A stretch of 24,731 nucleotides of DNA. Source: Bdellovibrionota bacterium (GTDB lineage Bacteria; Bdellovibrionota_C; UBA2361; JBGSMV01). The stretch lies in the NCBI GenBank assembly GCA_044356455.1, contig JBIKWF010000062.1:1-24731 (forward strand). The letters are read 5' to 3'. The notes below the pieces were generated by a model, which had not been told where the DNA came from, did not search any database, and was given only the letters and a program-made list of their open reading frames with translations. A program made the position numbers and the translations under genes. This document shows positions 16,239-24,731 of this stretch, piece by piece; the first letter of the stretch is position 1, and each line of letters opens with the position of its first letter.

Positions 16239-17729
16239 GTGACCGCAGTCGATTACGCCCTTGATATTGTGCATCTCGCCAAAAGCTTTCGTAGGCAGAC
16301 CTTGGTGCGCCCAGGGTACACGACTATTAAGTCGGCTATTGTTTCGAGCACGTTTGGGCGCCTAAAAAAACTCTTTTCGTCCGCGCAAACTCCGAAGCCT
16401 ACTCGAGAACATAATGTCACGCATGCCATTCAGGATCTTACCATTAGGGTTCCACAAGGGAGTTCAGTAGGAATTATCGGACGAAATGGCTCCGGCAAGT
16501 CTACCTTACTTAAACTCATCACCGGCATTTACAAACCTGACGTGGGGCATGTGAAGGTTAACGGGAGGGTGGCAGCGCTTATTGAGCTCGGCGCAGGGTT
16601 TCACCCTGACTTCACTGGCCGCGAGAATCTCCTGCTTGGCGGGGTAATGCATGGGCTCACACGTACTGAACTTGAAAAGCTTCTTCCTACCATCATCGAA
16701 TTCGCCGAGCTGAAAGACGTTATTGATGATCCCGTGCGCACCTACTCTTCCGGCATGTTTATGCGGCTTGGGTTTAGTCTCGCGGTGCATACGGACCCTG
16801 ATATTCTGATTATTGATGAGGTGCTTGCGGTAGGCGACGCCGCTTTCATCAGTAAATGTAAAGAGCGCATCGCAAAGCTCAGGCGTGAGGGGAAAACGCT
16901 GCTCTTAGTAAGCCACGATCTTGAGGCGGTTGAGCGCTGGTGTGATGAAGCCGTGTGGCTTCACCGGGGGAAAGTTGCCGATCGCGGGGACCCGCGGCGT
17001 GTCATCGATCATTACCGAGAATTCATTGAAAAAGGGGAAGAGGAGGAACTTAAAGAAGCAGCTGAGAAAAACTCAGCGGAGGCAGCTTCAGAACCTTCTA
17101 AGGAACCTCACACTGGCCCCGCGGATAACACGGGAGAGAAAGGCGCCCAGGATTCTTCTAGCGATGAAGGGAGTGCGTCAGTCGCGGCGGGATTTACTCC
17201 TCAGCGCTGGGGCAGTCGTGAGGTGGAGATCACCAAGGTTCGCTTGGTGAAGTCGGATGATTCAGATCACCTGCTCTTTCACCCGGATGATGCGCTTACG
17301 ATTGAAGTTGAATATGTGGTGCGGGACGAGGCGCATGTGGATCTTAAAGACCTCTTTTTTGGCATCGGAATCACACGCAGCGACGGGGTTCTCATCCACG
17401 GAACAAATACCGATATCGATAGGGCCGCGCTCAAGCTGTCTAAAAGCGGCATAGTTCGTTATTCCCTGGCTCGCCTTGGCTTAGTGGAGGGGAACTACCG
17501 CTTGGACGTGGCTGCTCATCGCCGAGATGGCTACCCTTACGACTACCATCAAGGGCTTCGTACTTTCGCCGTGCGCTGGGCAGGGAAGCAGGTTGGAGTC
17601 TACCTGCCGCAGAGTGAGTGGGCTTCTCTCACGGAAGGGAAAGAGGAGTCTAGCGAAAGAGGGCAGCAGGCTCGTGGCGCCGGAGTACAGGGGACTTTCT
17701 CAGCTCAGGGGAGGGCGCATGGCGAGTAG
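16239..17729 (+). CDS. wzt: Polysaccharide ABC exporter ATP-binding subunit with C-terminal carbohydrate-binding domain
   Basis: GRNGSGKST, YSSGMFMRLGF, IDEVLAVGD, VSHD, and a Wzt_C-like region starting RWGSREVEI. Confidence 0.92.
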   Translation: MTAVDYALDIVHLAKSFRRQTLVRPGYTTIKSAIVSSTFGRLKKLFSSAQTPKPTREHNVTHAIQDLTIRVPQGSSVGIIGRNGSGKSTLLKLITGIYKPDVGHVKVNGRVAALIELGAGFHPDFTGRENLLLGGVMHGLTRTELEKLLPTIIEFAELKDVIDDPVRTYSSGMFMRLGFSLAVHTDPDILIIDEVLAVGDAAFISKCKERIAKLRREGKTLLLVSHDLEAVERWCDEAVWLHRGKVADRGDPRRVIDHYREFIEKGEEEELKEAAEKNSAEAASEPSKEPHTGPADNTGEKGAQDSSSDEGSASVAAGFTPQRWGSREVEITKVRLVKSDDSDHLLFHPDDALTIEVEYVVRDEAHVDLKDLFFGIGITRSDGVLIHGTNTDIDRAALKLSKSGIVRYSLARLGLVEGNYRLDVAAHRRDGYPYDYHQGLRTFAVRWAGKQVGVYLPQSEWASLTEGKEESSERGQQARGAGVQGTFSAQGRAHGE

Positions 17730-18570
17730 TGAGATCACCTTGGGCTCAGTTGCAGGAGCTCCTTCAAGTACGGGTGCGTGGTCGACGCAGCTTGGAACTA
17801 CGGTGCAGCAAATAGTGAGGTACCGAGCGCTCTTGTGGGCGCTAGTCGTCCGCCACCTTGCCATTCGGTACCGGGGCTCGATGCTCGGCTTTCTTTGGTC
17901 GTTCCTCAATCCTTTGTGCCTGATGCTCGTGTATGTGCTCGTTTTTAAGTACTACATTCGATTTGATCAGGTAGAGCACTACACCGTATTTATGTTCTGT
18001 GGCCTTTTGCCATGGATTTGGGTGACTTCGGCTTTGAGTGAAGGTACTTCGGCCGTAGTAGGCGGCGGGCACCTTATTACGAAATCGATGTTTCCGCCTC
18101 AAATTCTGCCGACGGTGAGTGTGCTCACGAGCATGGTGAACTTTCTCCTCTCACTTCCGCTGCTCGCCATTTTTATGCTGGCTTCTGGGGTGAATGTCCC
18201 TTGGACTGCGCTGCTGCTCCCCGTGGTTATCCTCGCTCAGGCTCTCTTTCTTCTCGGTGTGGTGTGGGCGCTCAGCGCGCTCAATGTGTTCTTTCGAGAC
18301 ATCCAGCACATCGTTGGGAACTTGCTCTCCTTTCTGTTTTTCTTGTGCCCGATTGTATACCCCGCATCGGTGGTCCCTGAAAAATTCTTACCGCTCCTAC
18401 ACCTGAACCCCTTTTCGCTTTTGATTCAGTTCTATCATCAGGTACTCCTTGACGGCGTAATCCCAGATGCCTGGTCGGCTGGATTTTTTGTCGTGATAAC
18501 TGCGCTCATGCTGCTTGTGGGGAGCATGGTCTTTCAACGTTATCGTGAACACTTTGCAGAATTTCTATAG
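17719..18570 (+). CDS. wzm: Polysaccharide ABC exporter permease
   Basis: RYRGSMLGFLWSFLNPL, FFRDIQH, PIVYP, LNP; ATG 17719 has a GGGGAGG SD and overlaps the wzt end. Confidence 0.92.
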   Translation: MASSEITLGSVAGAPSSTGAWSTQLGTTVQQIVRYRALLWALVVRHLAIRYRGSMLGFLWSFLNPLCLMLVYVLVFKYYIRFDQVEHYTVFMFCGLLPWIWVTSALSEGTSAVVGGGHLITKSMFPPQILPTVSVLTSMVNFLLSLPLLAIFMLASGVNVPWTALLLPVVILAQALFLLGVVWALSALNVFFRDIQHIVGNLLSFLFFLCPIVYPASVVPEKFLPLLHLNPFSLLIQFYHQVLLDGVIPDAWSAGFFVVITALMLLVGSMVFQRYREHFAEFL

Positions 18571-18578
18571 GTTTGTGC

Positions 18579-19736
18579 ATGAGCCAAAGTTCTGTGCCCT
18601 CCAAAGTAACGTCCCCCGTACATCAGCTCGTACATACCCTAAGTTACGGCGACGCTATCTCGGGCGAGGTTCTTGCCCTTCAGCGCTGCTTGAGAGAGCA
18701 GGGGAGAGAGAGCACAATCTTTGCGATTAACGTGCACCCCAAATACAAAGGTATAGCGGAGGACTATCGCACGTTCCCTAAGGACTTCACGGGAGAAGTC
18801 GTTTTACATTATTCCCTGGGCTCGCCGCTCAATGAGCTCTACCGAAGTTTAACTCGTGCGACGAGAGCCTTGGTTTATCATAATCTTACGCCGGCGCGCT
18901 GGTTCTCAAAAATCAATCCAAGGATCACTGCCGATATCGAGCAGGGCATGCGGGAGCTTCCCGAGCTCTGTAGATTAACAGACCGCTTGCTTGCGGATTC
19001 TCCTTTTAACGCGAGTGAGCTTTCCGCGCTCGGGTTCTCGTCCCAGGTTCTTGAGCTGCCGATTGATCCAAAACGCTGGGAGGAGCAAGCGAATCCGGGG
19101 ATCGCTGCCATGCTGAAAGCTCAGCCCGGAATCCATGTGCTCCATGTCGGACGGCTCGCGCCTAACAAATGCATCGAAGACCTGATCAAGGCCTTTTACT
19201 TTTTGCACTACCATGTGAACCGAAACAGCTGCCTGTGGCTGGTTGGTATCGATATCGATACTGAGCTTTATTCTTTCTCTCTTAAGCGTCTTGCACGAGA
19301 GCTTGAAGTAGAACAGGCAGTTCGATTTGTGGGACCCATGGCAGATGCCGAAGTCCGGGCGCTTTATGAAAACGCGAGCGTCTATGCATGTATGAGTGAG
19401 CATGAGGGATTTTGTTTGCCCCTCGTTGAAGCCATGCATTTTGGCCTGCCAGTCGTGGCGTATGCCTCCTCTGCAGTGCCGGACACCCTGGCCGGAGCGG
19501 GAGTGCTCGTACACGAAAAGCGTCATGCTGAAATGGGAGAACTTCTTGCTGAGGTTGCAAGCAATCAGGCCCTGCGAGCGCAGCTGATCGCGAAGGGGCG
19601 GGAGCGCGTACGGGGGTTATCCTACGAGAAGTTTTCTGCGCGAGTAGCTGAGCTCTTTTTGGCGGAGAGCTCTTCGCAAAGAGAAGGCGCTTCTCAGGGA
19701 GCCCGCGCCACTGCTACTTCAGTGGGGGCCGCCTAG
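18579..19736 (+). CDS. GT4-family glycosyltransferase
   Basis: HVGRLAPNK; SEHEGFCLPLVEAM (EX7E motif). Confidence 0.9.
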   Translation: MSQSSVPSKVTSPVHQLVHTLSYGDAISGEVLALQRCLREQGRESTIFAINVHPKYKGIAEDYRTFPKDFTGEVVLHYSLGSPLNELYRSLTRATRALVYHNLTPARWFSKINPRITADIEQGMRELPELCRLTDRLLADSPFNASELSALGFSSQVLELPIDPKRWEEQANPGIAAMLKAQPGIHVLHVGRLAPNKCIEDLIKAFYFLHYHVNRNSCLWLVGIDIDTELYSFSLKRLARELEVEQAVRFVGPMADAEVRALYENASVYACMSEHEGFCLPLVEAMHFGLPVVAYASSAVPDTLAGAGVLVHEKRHAEMGELLAEVASNQALRAQLIAKGRERVRGLSYEKFSARVAELFLAESSSQREGASQGARATATSVGAA

Positions 19737-19744
19737 GGCGACGC

Positions 19745-21034
19745 GTGAAGACCATTGGTTTTGATACAAGCGCGCTCGATCCGACCTTTAAGGAGCATGC
19801 GACCCGCGGCATCGGTCGTTATGTGGCCGAGCTCACGCGCTTTTTCCGATCTGAATTTTCGCGTCAGGGAGAGGGGGGAGGTTCGCGGCGTGGTTTTGAC
19901 GTGGCCTCCTTTGATCATCTTTCGCTTGAAAGTCATGGGGGACTTGGCGTGCGCGCGGCGACCAGTCTCATTAAAGCTTCCCCGGTCCTTCGCACCACAC
20001 TTAAGCAGCAAGTTCTTTTTCCCTTCCAGCTGTCTAAGGCCGAAGGCCGCTCGTTTGCTGATGGCACCACCGTGCCCTTAGAGGCTCTGCATTTTCCGGC
20101 TCAAATGGATGCTCCCGCATGGGGAATTCGGCGCTATGCACTGACCGTGCTCGATCTCATTCCTTTAGTATGCGCCGATTTGTATCAGGCCAAAGTTTCA
20201 GGGGTAAGGTTTAGATTTGCAAGGTGGCTAGAACTCCAAGCAATTAAGAATGCGACGTTGGTGTTGTGCATCAGTGCGCACACGGCCCGCGATGTGAACC
20301 AAGTGCTAGGGGTGCCCTGGGAGCGTCTTATCGTGACTCCTCTTGGTGTGGACGAGAAGTTTTTTAGTGTGGAGAGCGCGCGAACCACAAGCGATCTCCG
20401 TTCGCGGTTTGGACTCTCCGGTATTAATGAAAAGCGGCCCCTTATTCTTTATGTGGGTGGAATCGACCCGCGTAAGAACATTGGTGTCATGATTCGCGCC
20501 TTTGCAGAGACCCTGCACCATTTTAGAAGTCGGCCGGGTGCTCCCTTACCCATGCTTTTTATGGCAGGGCGTATTCAGAAGGACCGCGAGTTTCCTGAAC
20601 TCCAAAGACTCGTGAAATCCCTTGGCGTAGAGAATGATGTGGTGATGCCCGGGTATGTGGATGACGTAGATCTGCTTGCGTTATATGCCAGTGCGAAGGT
20701 TTTCTTTTTCCCAAGCCTGTATGAAGGATTTGGACTTCCGCCCCTTGAAGCTATGGCAGCAGGGCTTCCCGTGGTGAGCTCGGACACCTCGGCGATGCCT
20801 GAGGTGCTTGGTGATGCTGCCGCTTACTTTAAGCCCACGGATTATGAAGAGGCGGCCGAGGAGCTGATCTCCGTGTTGTCGGATCCTGAAAGGGCTGAGA
20901 AACTTAAAGTCGAGGGGAGAGAGCGTGCGCGCCTTTTTACCTGGCGTAAAACAGGCGAGTCCACGCTAAGAGCCTATGACAGGCTGCTCGCAGAGCACCC
21001 TGAAGGTTCCGGTGCTCGAAAGCGTGTCGTTTAG
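19745..21034 (+). CDS. GT4-family glycosyltransferase (MtfB/WbpX-like)
   Basis: RGIGRY, YVGGIDPRKN, FPSLYEGFGLPPLEAMAAG. Confidence 0.92.
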   Translation: MKTIGFDTSALDPTFKEHATRGIGRYVAELTRFFRSEFSRQGEGGGSRRGFDVASFDHLSLESHGGLGVRAATSLIKASPVLRTTLKQQVLFPFQLSKAEGRSFADGTTVPLEALHFPAQMDAPAWGIRRYALTVLDLIPLVCADLYQAKVSGVRFRFARWLELQAIKNATLVLCISAHTARDVNQVLGVPWERLIVTPLGVDEKFFSVESARTTSDLRSRFGLSGINEKRPLILYVGGIDPRKNIGVMIRAFAETLHHFRSRPGAPLPMLFMAGRIQKDREFPELQRLVKSLGVENDVVMPGYVDDVDLLALYASAKVFFFPSLYEGFGLPPLEAMAAGLPVVSSDTSAMPEVLGDAAAYFKPTDYEEAAEELISVLSDPERAEKLKVEGRERARLFTWRKTGESTLRAYDRLLAEHPEGSGARKRVV

Positions 21035-21082
21035 CTAGGGGGCTGTGTAGCCAGGGGGGCGTGTAGCTCTAGGGGACTGTAG
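21035..21082 (+). repeat. Three imperfect 16-nt tandem repeats
   Basis: ctagggggctgtgtag / ccaggggggcgtgtag / ctctaggggactgtag. Confidence 0.55.
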
Positions 21083-21085
21083 TCG

Positions 21086-23080
21086 ATGAGATATAGCCAA
21101 AAAGGGATTATTTCGAGGTCGGGAGCGACTCTCCTTGTGCTCCTTGTGACGCTCCTTGGCGCTCTTTTGCGCTATGATTTTCTTGCCGCCAACCAATTTG
21201 TTATTGATGCGGATGAAGCCATCGTCGGACTCATGGGCCTGCATATTAGCCAAGGTGCTCCATGGCCCGTGTTCTATTATGGCCAGCACTACATGGGCAG
21301 CCTTGAGCCGCTTCTTGTAGCCGGAGTATTTCGTCTCTTCGGGGTTTCCTCTCAGAGCTTGGCCGTAGTCCCCTTTGCCTTCGCCCTCGCGCTTATTCCT
21401 CTTACCTACCTTCTTGCGCGCTATGTGTGCGGTAGGGGCGGGGCTCTCGTTGCGGCGACGCTTATTGCGCTCCCGCCCACTGGCCTTGTCGTATGGAGCA
21501 CCAAAGCGCGCGGCGGTTTTATTGAGGTGGTGGTGCTAGGCACCCTCGCGCTGCTGCTCACCGCACGCTGGTTAAAGCGCGAAAGACCTTCTCTCTTCGG
21601 TACCTGCCTTATTGGCTTTGTTCTCGGAATCGGTTGGTGGGTCAATAATCAGATTATCTACTTCATGCTTCCGATTGGATTTGTTTTGCTTGGGGAGCTC
21701 TTGCACGATGAGTACGCGCAATATAGCCGAGTGGTGCGCGTTGTGCAGCATGGCATGTCGGGGCTCTTTGCATTTCTTATCGGTGGACTTCCTTTCTGGT
21801 GGTACAATTTCACCCATGAGTTCGCCTCTTTTGGCATGTTCAAGCGGGCTTCGTCGGGGGATGTGCTCTCCTATGTAGGCGGGCTCTTTTCCACTGCGCT
21901 CCCGATGCTTTTTGGTGCCAAGCGTTTCTGGCAAGCGGAGGATGTCTTTCCTGGCGCGACTGCTTTGGCCTATACGCTCTACGGCCTGATGGTTCTTAGC
22001 TACCTTGTTCTGCGAGCCCGTCACATCGCGGGACTTAGTGTACTCAAGGTCGACACCAAGAAACCGCTCGAGCTTTTCTCCCTTTTTGTGCTCGGCTCTT
22101 TATGCACTTTTGTTTTTAGTTCGTTTGGGTGGCTTTATGAAGCACCGCGCTATCTTCTCCCGCTCTATGTAGGGCTCTTTATCCTTGTGGGGTTTGTGCT
22201 TGAGCAGTGGTATCAGCGCATGCGCGGGGTAGGGATTATCTCTTTTGCCATCTTGCTTGGGCTCTCTTTAAGCTCAAGTTACTTAGGTGGCCGTGCGATT
22301 CCTGGAGAACCCCTTGTGCACCAGGGGGAGCGAGTAGCAAAGGACCATACTGAACTACTCAATTGGCTTACGCAGAATAAAGTCTCTTGGATTCGAACAA
22401 ACTATTGGATTGGGTACCGCGTAGCATTTGAAACGCAGGAATCAGTACGATTCTTAACGTATCAAGATCCGCAGTACGAACGAATTGAATCGTATCGCCA
22501 GGAAACGTCGGCTTTTGACCCCTCATCCTTTCCTCTGGTGCTCGTTCCTTCACAAGGTGAAGCCGTCTCGCGAGCACTTACTCTTATGGGGTACCAGTTT
22601 CACGCCGAGAGGCTATCTGGCTATGACGTGATAAGCGAGATTCAGCCGAGTCAGCGTAACTTGCTGCCCGTGAGCCGCGAGGCTTTTTCGGCAGAATCTA
22701 ATCCCCAGAAGCTCGCCGCCAGTCTTGCGGTTGATGGATCCGTTGCAACAAGATGGGGTACCGGAGAGCCGCAGCGTCCAGGTCAGGAATTTACACTTCG
22801 ACTTACCAAGCCACTACCTCTTCGTGCGATCGCCTTTGAGATGGCGGCATGGCCACATGACTTTGCGCGCGGCCTCTCGATAGAGCTCGAACTTCCTAGT
22901 GGTGAAAGGCGCCCACTTTTTGATCCAGAAGGGTGGGGCCCTATTCGCTATTATATTGAACGTACCACGCGCTTTGATTTTCTTTTTCCGGCCACAGAGG
23001 TTCAAGCGGTGCACTTTAAGCAGCTAGGCAGCGATCCTATTTTTGATTGGACCCTGGCTGAGGTGTGGCTTTATCAATGA
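21086..23080 (+). CDS. GT-C (ArnT/PMT-like) membrane glycosyltransferase with C-terminal discoidin/CBM32-like domain
   Basis: DADEA after TM1, YGQHYMGSLE, many TM helices, PRYLLP; C-terminal LAVDGSVATRWGT...WTLAEV resembles F5/8 type C. Confidence 0.78.
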   Translation: MRYSQKGIISRSGATLLVLLVTLLGALLRYDFLAANQFVIDADEAIVGLMGLHISQGAPWPVFYYGQHYMGSLEPLLVAGVFRLFGVSSQSLAVVPFAFALALIPLTYLLARYVCGRGGALVAATLIALPPTGLVVWSTKARGGFIEVVVLGTLALLLTARWLKRERPSLFGTCLIGFVLGIGWWVNNQIIYFMLPIGFVLLGELLHDEYAQYSRVVRVVQHGMSGLFAFLIGGLPFWWYNFTHEFASFGMFKRASSGDVLSYVGGLFSTALPMLFGAKRFWQAEDVFPGATALAYTLYGLMVLSYLVLRARHIAGLSVLKVDTKKPLELFSLFVLGSLCTFVFSSFGWLYEAPRYLLPLYVGLFILVGFVLEQWYQRMRGVGIISFAILLGLSLSSSYLGGRAIPGEPLVHQGERVAKDHTELLNWLTQNKVSWIRTNYWIGYRVAFETQESVRFLTYQDPQYERIESYRQETSAFDPSSFPLVLVPSQGEAVSRALTLMGYQFHAERLSGYDVISEIQPSQRNLLPVSREAFSAESNPQKLAASLAVDGSVATRWGTGEPQRPGQEFTLRLTKPLPLRAIAFEMAAWPHDFARGLSIELELPSGERRPLFDPEGWGPIRYYIERTTRFDFLFPATEVQAVHFKQLGSDPIFDWTLAEVWLYQ

Positions 23081-23099
23081 GAGTTTGGCCTGATTGCAG

Positions 23100-24272
23100 T
23101 TACTGGAGAGGTTTCGGATCCTTTTCCCAATCCGACTTTCTTTTCTCTGCTGCTTCTACCTCAGCAACTGCTTCTTCAAGCAGCCGAACTGTTTCAAGAA
23201 ACGATTCCGTCTTCTTTCTATCTTCAGGGTTCGCCTTTTCCAGCAAAGCAGGCTGAGAATTCAGGAACTCTCTAATATCGCCTGCGACCTTATGGATGTT
23301 CTTTTGGTCAATGTGAATCGTTCGCTGATACTCTAATAAGGGAGCTAGTTCACCCTTGAAGGTCGCGATTGGCTGCGACCCGTCGGGATAGCCAAGGTGC
23401 TTTTCTATCCCGCTTAGGCCAGAAGAAATTGAAGCAGCAAGATATTGCAGCTTAAACCTAAAACTATAGTAGCCGGAATGATGAATGGCGCCTGCAATGT
23501 CCGTGAGCCAGGCATGTAAGTTTTTCACACGCAAAGCAGGGTCAATCTCAGGAGAGGTTTTTAGAAACTCAGAGACTAAGAGTAAATCCTGAACCTCTCT
23601 GCCGTAGGCTTCAAGCTCCCTTCGAAATGTTTCTTTGGGAGAGCGCTTCAAGGGATTGTTAACCTCATGTTCCCCTTGCACCGCGTGCTGAAATTCGTGC
23701 CCAAGTGATCCCACCGTTGCAAAAAAAGAATCTGAAGCCGAGATTCCTGAGAACGTAAAAAGCCGAAAAGGTTGTGTCTGGGTTTGCTTGGTCGATCTTT
23801 CCTCTGTCGTTACTTCCCCCGCTACGTAGGCGGCTTTAAGTTCCATAGGAGCAATCGTCTCTCGAATGACGCCGAAGAAGGGGTGGTTAGGCGGCATGTT
23901 CTCAAGTGGGGGCGCAACTGGAATCAGTGCGGCTAGGCGTGCTCGCCGTTCTCCTTCGGAGCCAACTGCTTTCTTCCAGAGATAATGAGCAGAGTTAATG
24001 ATAAGCAGCTGCTCAGGGGAAAAATGAGTGGCGTCTTGGGCCTTGATGAACTCTTGACCTGGGGGACACCGTATAGGGAGGTCATACTCTATCACGATTG
24101 GAGCTTTGGACTTTGCCGGTGTTTTAAGTTGGCTGGAAGGAACCTCCGGCGCCTTCTGTGGGGTGGGCTGGGGCGGAGGCGCCGCGCGTTCGCAGGATCC
24201 AAGGAGACTGAGCGAGAGAGCCGCCGCAAAAGATAATCCGCGTTTTGTGGAAAGAGAGGGCATGACAATCAC
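23100..24272 (-). CDS. Hypothetical lipoprotein with zincin-like HExxH motif
   Basis: Lipobox LGSC, Pro-rich linker, GHEFQHAVQ...RELEAY; start may be ATG 24263. Confidence 0.6.
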   Translation of the reverse strand: MIVMPSLSTKRGLSFAAALSLSLLGSCERAAPPPQPTPQKAPEVPSSQLKTPAKSKAPIVIEYDLPIRCPPGQEFIKAQDATHFSPEQLLIINSAHYLWKKAVGSEGERRARLAALIPVAPPLENMPPNHPFFGVIRETIAPMELKAAYVAGEVTTEERSTKQTQTQPFRLFTFSGISASDSFFATVGSLGHEFQHAVQGEHEVNNPLKRSPKETFRRELEAYGREVQDLLLVSEFLKTSPEIDPALRVKNLHAWLTDIAGAIHHSGYYSFRFKLQYLAASISSGLSGIEKHLGYPDGSQPIATFKGELAPLLEYQRTIHIDQKNIHKVAGDIREFLNSQPALLEKANPEDRKKTESFLETVRLLEEAVAEVEAAEKRKSDWEKDPKPLQ

Positions 24273-24731
24273 CTAAATAATGGCGCGAGAATTCACCGGA
24301 ACATTTTATACAGGCCCCCGGGTGGTTATGGGAGATAGGACAGACAAAGTGTCATTCGGTGCCCCAAATATTCTGAATGCATCTCAGACTGGAGATCCTG
24401 GGCCTCCCTTGAACCAGGATGCCGCTCCAGGATCTCCAGTCGCACCCGGCATCTCGTGATCCCATGTGCGCCTGCCGACAAGTTCCTAAGTTTATGAAAT
24501 AGTTAAATTTAGCTCGCCCACATCGCGATTGAAGCGAGGCGGCCATATGCCAGGTGGAGTACGAGAGGTGGATTGGGTAGTCTCAGATCAATATTATGTT
24601 CTCTTCCTACTTGAATGTTCGAGGAAACTCTGTCGAAGGGGTTAAGAAGGGATTAGCGCGGAGACACGGAGACCGCGGAGGGTTTAGGTCCTGCGTAACC
24701 TCGAACGATGCGCACGATTCCATCCTTAAGC

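Noticed and set aside
17527..17718. Long N-terminal extension of Wzm
   Set aside because: It lies entirely within wzt; ATG 17719 has a strong SD and gives a normal length.
24657..24680. Periodic cgcggagacacggagaccgcggag as a fourth MITE copy
   Set aside because: Similar periodicity, but no TIRs or second arm are visible before the window ends.

Overview
Bacterial chromosomal window with no intact mobile element. It carries an orphan LivJ/K-type substrate-binding protein divergent from a wHTH protein, a Phd/VapC toxin-antitoxin pair, a stand-alone macrodomain gene, ffh, and an ACT-domain protein. The central feature is a LysW-dependent (alpha-aminoadipate) lysine operon: lysW-lysX-lysY-[class II glutamine amidotransferase]-lysZ-lysJ. 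lysW (11073-11237) is missing from the ORF track. Further right are an N-terminally altered flagellin-like gene with a sigma28-type promoter, an M48 lipoprotein peptidase, an hpt-like gene, a wzt-wzm-GT4-GT4-GT-C surface-glycan cluster and an HExxH lipoprotein. The most notable observation is that the LysW operon has no lysK (M20 carrier-release peptidase) in the window. It instead embeds an Ntn-hydrolase whose glutamine alpha-amino-binding Asp appears replaced by Gly, making it a candidate non-orthologous LysW-gamma-lysine hydrolase. Intergenic DNA holds two repeat families: GTAG-type REP doublet arrays with a ~162-bp period, some carrying a nested 33-35 bp insert, and a 120-130 bp MITE with IS5-like ends. 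Several genes look leaderless. All calls come from reading the sequence; no database searches were run.
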